Below are positions 21,529 to 26,063 of a DNA stretch of 26,063 bases, piece after piece. Location: contig NW_021836544.1 of the NCBI RefSeq assembly GCF_006345805.1, forward strand, positions 1 to 26,063. The letters run 5' to 3'. Numbering within the stretch: the stretch's first letter is position 1; each line of letters opens with the position of its first letter. A program made the position numbers and the translations under genes. Below the pieces are notes generated by a model, which did no database searches, was not told the origin of the DNA, and saw nothing but the letters and a program-made list of their open reading frames with translations. Origin of the DNA: Octopus sinensis. Taxonomy: Eukaryota.

Positions 21529-22045
21529 CAGGTCAGAACAAATGATCTGACACATTTGTAGGTTAATAAAAGGCAAATGAAGAAAAGAAACAAAAGTGTT
21601 TTATTTTTGAAAAGTACATATAATGCCATTTTGTATATGTTTTAAAAATTAAATCAGTCAATGGGATCCATTATTGTCCACAAACTGTCGAAGGCGTTCA
21701 CGAAGTTGGTCATAACTCGACGGGTCATTTCACGTGGAATGGCAGTATTTCTTGAGAATTGCATCTTTAAGTTTGTTCAATAGATCGAGGCGATGTGTAT
21801 ACCTTGACTTGAGGTCCCCAGAGAAACAATCGCATGAAATGACCCGCCGAGTTATTGACAACTTTTGTGAACGCCTTCGACAGTGTTGGACAAAATGGAT
21901 CCTATTTGACTGATTTAATTTTTGAAACATATGAACAAATGGCATTATATGTACTTTTCAAAATAAAACACTTATTTTTTGTTTCTTTACTTCATTTGCC
22001 TTTTATTTAACCTACAAATGTGTCAGATCATTTTGCCTGACCCTG
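21529..22045. mobile_element. Tc1/mariner-superfamily foldback MITE (517 bp), ~205-bp inverted arms, TA TSD
   Basis: TA|CAGGTCAGAACAAATGATCTGACACATTTGTAGG...CCTACAAATGTGTCAGATCATTTTGCCTGACCCTG|TA. Arms are 21529-21734 and 21833-22045. Transposase C-terminal remnants: CDCF/LWG.LKS..YTHR..LKDAI (minus) and HEMTRRVIDNFCERLRQC (plus). Confidence 0.94.
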
Positions 22046-22137
22046 TATATAGATATGTCATATTTTCCGTTTGTTGTCTTTTTATTTAATCCTGAAGATA
22101 TTATTTATGTAACGCACGCACTCATTAATATTTTACC

Positions 22138-22228
22138 TATATATATATGTGTGTGTGCGTGTGTATGTGTGCGTGTGTGTGTGTGTGAGTGTGCGTGTGT
22201 GTGTGCGCGCGCGCGTGCGTGTGTGTGT
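22138..22228. repeat. (TA)n/(TG)n/(CG)n microsatellite
   Basis: Direct reading. Confidence 0.9.
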
Positions 22229-22296
22229 AGTTCAAATTTACAGAAAACAAACGACGAAGACAGGTGAAAGAACAACAAGCAGAGTTTGAAGGTTTT

Positions 22297-22392
22297 TTAG
22301 TTATAGAAATCGACCCCAGGACTTACTCTTTGGAACCCTAGCACTTATTCTATCGGTTTCTTTTTCCAAAACGCTAAGCTACGGGGACGTGT
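22297..22392 (-). mobile_element. SINE family A, 3' part
   Basis: Minus strand ACGTCCCCGTAGCTTAGCG...AACCGATAGAATAAGTGCTAGGG...GTCCTGGGGTCGATTT. Aligns with 18675-18745 and 12540-12600. Confidence 0.8.
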
Positions 22393-22398
22393 ATATAT

Positions 22399-22460
<62 letters not shown>
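22393..22460. repeat. (TA)n microsatellite
   Basis: Direct reading. Confidence 0.95.
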
Positions 22461-22462
<2 letters not shown>

Positions 22463-22690
22463 CGTAGGAGTGACTGTGTGACAAGAAGTTTGCTGCCTGG
22501 TCACTAGGTCAAATAGATTTGGACGATGGAAACTGAAAAAAGCCCGTCGTATATACGTGTTTGTGGGCCGGAGGGGGCTAGCTTCGTGCTTGTCCCAGAC
22601 AACCGCTTGTTGACTTCCTTTCCATCCCCGCAACTTAGAAGTTCGACGAAATTAACCGATAGAATATGTCGAATGACTGAGACAAGTAAA
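22461..22690 (+). mobile_element. SINE family A, end-to-end but internally deleted and diverged
   Basis: GGCGTAGGAGTGACTGTGTG (head), GGAAACTGAAAAAAGCCCGTCGTATAT, CCGATAGAATA, ATGACTGAGACAAGTAAA (tail). Confidence 0.78.
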
Positions 22691-22849
22691 TGTTTTTTTT
22701 TAGATATATCGTAGTAATATCTAATGTAGGTTTTACGACCAGTCAGGACGTTACCATTGGTTTCACACTTTTTATACTCTTAGCAATATAGACGTCTCCC
22801 ACGGCTAAGAACGTAAAGGCGCGAAAGCAAAGGTGACTCCCTGACCGGC

Positions 22850-22898
22850 CATACCAGCCACATAGTTTCGGGTTCATTCACACTGCGTGACACCTTAG
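22850..22898 (+). mobile_element. SINE family A B-box fragment
   Basis: ACCAGCCACATAGTTTCGGGTTCATTCACACTGCGTGACACCTTAG aligns with the head regions of the other copies. Confidence 0.6.
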
Positions 22899-23535
22899 AA
22901 CCTAGGGTTGGATTCAAAATTCTACCAGGACACCTGATGAAGCCGAAATTTTGTGGTAGCAACAAACAAGATGAGGACAAATATCCGTCAATGTAAATAT
23001 TGTACAGAATTCCTCATCTCTAAAATATAGAACAATTTATGATTGTTTCAAAAATTCCATGTTGACTTAATCTTGCATCGTGTTTTTAAACGACTCCACA
23101 ATTAATGATGTTTTCATATCCGTTGTACAGATACCCCGTTCATAGAAATGATCCCTCGCAACTCTCTACAAAAAATAATATGCTGAAGTGTTTGTCTATC
23201 GCTTAAATATAGGACATTAATCAATGTTTATAGTGGACGGCACAGCGGTCACGTTTATAACATGATTGAAGATAAGTCAAAATGAATTTGTAGAAATAAT
23301 TGTAAACTATGAAATAAAATAATAACGCAAACTCCACTTTCAGTGCTTATTACTTCTGTAACCCCTCAGAGGAAACATGACTCCTCCTTCACTCCTCTCC
23401 ACCCTTCATTTATGGTTTGAGAATAATTCTATAATTGTTGTAAACTGGAATGGAACTTACTCTCTTTCTGCTCACATCCATTCACCATTCAATGCTACTT
23501 GCTTTGCATCTTTTAGAGAGATAGATTAGATATAA

Positions 23536-23928
23536 CTAGCAGTATCGCCCGGCGTTGCTCGGGTTTTGTAAGGGAAATAACTATATAAGCATTTTTAGAG
23601 AGTTATAGCCAAAAATAGCAAAAAAATGCATTAAAAATGAAAAAAAATTATGGTAAATTTTTTTTTAAATCGTTGACTCATCGTAGACATTTTTAGAGAG
23701 TTACTTCCCTTATATAATATCGAAAAATGCATTAAAATGGAAAAAAATGATGGTAATTTTTTTTTTAATCGTAGACTCATCGTAGACGCGCGCTAATACC
23801 CAGAAGGGCTCGATATGAATCACGACTATAAGATACCCGGTTTTGGTTAAACTGCACCGCAAAATGTGGGAGTAGTTAGGAATTAAATCGTAGGAGACAG
23901 ACCACAACCTCTCTTTTATATATAAGGA
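23536..23928 (-). mobile_element. Non-autonomous Helitron-like element, 393 bp (copy 2)
   Basis: Minus strand A|TCCTTATATATAAAAG...ACCCGAGCAACGCCGGGCGATACTGCTAG|T. High identity to 18822-19218 except for one ~98-bp module. Confidence 0.88.
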
Positions 23929-23984
23929 TAAACTCAAAGAGCAACTAGAAAGTGAAAGTAGTTTCTAACTTAGGATGTCTCATA

Positions 23985-24380
23985 GATAGTGGTGGCAATG
24001 GTGTTGGAGGTGGTAGATGTGGTTATCATGGCAGTGGTGGTGTAGTGGTGACAGTGGATGTGTATGATGGCAGAAATTATAGTGTTGGTGTTTTTGTGAG
24101 GTGGTGGTGTGGTGGTGGGGCGGCAGTGGATGATGATGATAATGATGATAGTAGTAGTAGCATTGATTATGTTAGGATGTCTCATGGATGGTAGAGTTGA
24201 AGACATTGCAGAGTGTAGTGGTGGTGAAATTGGTGATTTTGAATATGATGCTGGTATTGATCTTGGGGTTGTGGTTGCAGAAGATGGTTGTGGTGGTGGC
24301 ATTCGAGGTTGTAGTAATGTTGTAGTGGTGGTTGTGAAGATGATTCTGATATTGATAGTCTTTGCATTGAGGTGGTGGCA
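23985..24380. repeat. Low-complexity degenerate (GGT/GAT/AGT)n tract
   Basis: Runs of GGTGGT, GATGAT and GTAGTA; the overlapping ORFs are homopolymeric. Confidence 0.85.
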
Positions 24381-25117
24381 GAGTCAGAGTAAATAATAAG
24401 AGCCGAGTTAACACAAGATTCTTAAATTTCGGAGATCATAAGATAGAGAGCAAGAAGTTAAAAGTTCCAATACTGTCCCAATTCCTACACCCCAGATTCT
24501 TCAACTATTTATAAGAAAGGGGTTAATGGCAGGATAGGGATTCAGCTTTAAAATAAATTGTATAACAAAAAATACATAAATAAATTACTGCTCCAACGAT
24601 GTAATTTTAGTATGTGTGTATGTATGTATGTGTGTGCGTGTAAGCAATGCAAACAATGGAAATAATTTAAACACTCATTTTCTGATGTCTAAGGATGGAT
24701 ATTTATGCGTATGAATCTTTTTATTTTTATTTTCTTTGAAATATAATTCTAGGGAACTGAAAAAGCTGTGTACGATGCCAAGCGAATTTAGCTATTTACG
24801 ATGAACGGATGTTTACGTTTACAAACGAATCTGTAGTCTGTTTACATGTTTACGTTAACTACGTCACAAAATAGCTGGTTTACGTCACAGTAACAATATT
24901 TTGAGAGGCAGTAAATAATATGAGGTCGAAAGAAAGAATACCATTGGTTAAATTCGAATTATTAAACAACGTTAAACTTAGAAATTACAATTCCGTTTTC
25001 ATTTTGGTTACAATTATGTTTTCTTTTTGACACATTCTACCAGTATACGAAGTTTCAAATTGTTTAGTTAACTAAGAAAATCTGGCCTTCAACTGAAAAG
25101 ATCCATAATACATAATA

Positions 25118-25190
25118 GTATTATATATATATATATATATTTATACAACATATATATATATACTTATTATGTAATATATATATATTAATA

Positions 25191-25222
<32 letters not shown>

Positions 25223-25282
25223 TATACATTTATATATGTATTATGTATTATTGTATATGTATTGTAGTTATATATATATATT
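25118..25282. repeat. Imperfect (TA)n tract
   Basis: Direct reading. Confidence 0.9.
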
Positions 25283-26063
25283 TTCTACTTTCCCGCAAAG
25301 TCTACAACTCACAAAGTTTCAGATGGCATACCACAGAGATGGAGAAGTGTAATTAATGTACCATCTGTAACTGTATGTGTGAAAACGTTCTGAGCAATTG
25401 GGCTGGGTAGACACATCATTAAATCCTCAATTCGTTTAAAAGACTTGTCTGCGAGACGTCTTGTTTACGCTACAATATCAAAATTGCTTGTATAGCAGTG
25501 CTTTAATGTATTCGTAAATAAAATACGTATATATAATTATTATATTATTATATATATATATATATATAATACACATAAAGGGTGAAATATAATTACTTTA
25601 ATAAATTAATAATTTTCACCAGTAGTTTTTTTCGGTATGGGAATGACCATATTTGGTAGGATATATTAATTATAATAAAGGTTAATTGCATGTGGTTAAT
25701 TGCATGTGGTTTTGAGCAACTGTTGCAATTAACCCTTTATTATAATAATAAATATATATGTGTGTGTGGTGTGGGTTGTGTGTGTGTGTGTTTGTTTGTT
25801 TGTTAGTTTTGTGTGTCGGTGTAGGATCTGCGTGCTTCTAAAAAGAATTCTTCATATACATGTTTGATATATGTTGGTTGTCGAACCACCCGTCAACCAG
25901 CCTCGCCTTTCCCCAATAGCCTCGAGCCCGGCAAAGGGGTTTGACTAATATGGAAGGAAAACAGACAAACACATTATAAACGTGCCTACATCACTGGAAA
26001 AAAAATTTATGCATTATGACACAACCACGTATCACACATCCCATCCCCCACTGTTATCCCCAC

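Noticed and set aside
22090-22120. CCTGAAGA as a hammerhead core
   Set aside because: No stem II and no GAAA partner follow it.
23970-24192. 21-bp direct repeat TTAGGATGTCTCAT(A/G)GAT(A/G)GT about 200 bp apart
   Set aside because: It is probably an old local duplication in low-complexity DNA, and no element lies between the copies.
23952-24414. Gly/Val/Thr/His-rich ORFs on both strands
   Set aside because: They come from a degenerate trinucleotide low-complexity tract that is open in several frames, with no splice or domain evidence.

Overview
Eukaryotic, very AT-rich, repeat-saturated DNA with no host protein-coding exon that I can support. The SINE families and (TA)n/(CA)n tracts resemble octopus/cephalopod DNA (recognition from memory, not a search). 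Positions 1-9355 are a tandem array of a ~29-bp minisatellite with a ~2.4-kb internal duplication, and all ORFs there are spurious. The remainder is a graveyard of mobile elements: four Tc1/mariner-superfamily relics (two TIR-complete non-autonomous derivatives), a 5'-truncated RTE-clade LINE flanked by a 76-bp target-site duplication, three non-autonomous Helitron-like elements and several tRNA-derived SINE copies. The most notable signal lies outside the ORF track: a near-intact minimal type I hammerhead ribozyme with a palindromic stem III (20112-20196) inside a short (TA)n-flanked non-coding element. Four more degenerate hammerhead-like motifs occur in unrelated sequence, which suggests several families of Penelope-derived or retrozyme-like ribozyme-bearing retroelements. 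A 29-bp perfect palindrome element with a possible Crypton-like end structure sits next to the best motif.
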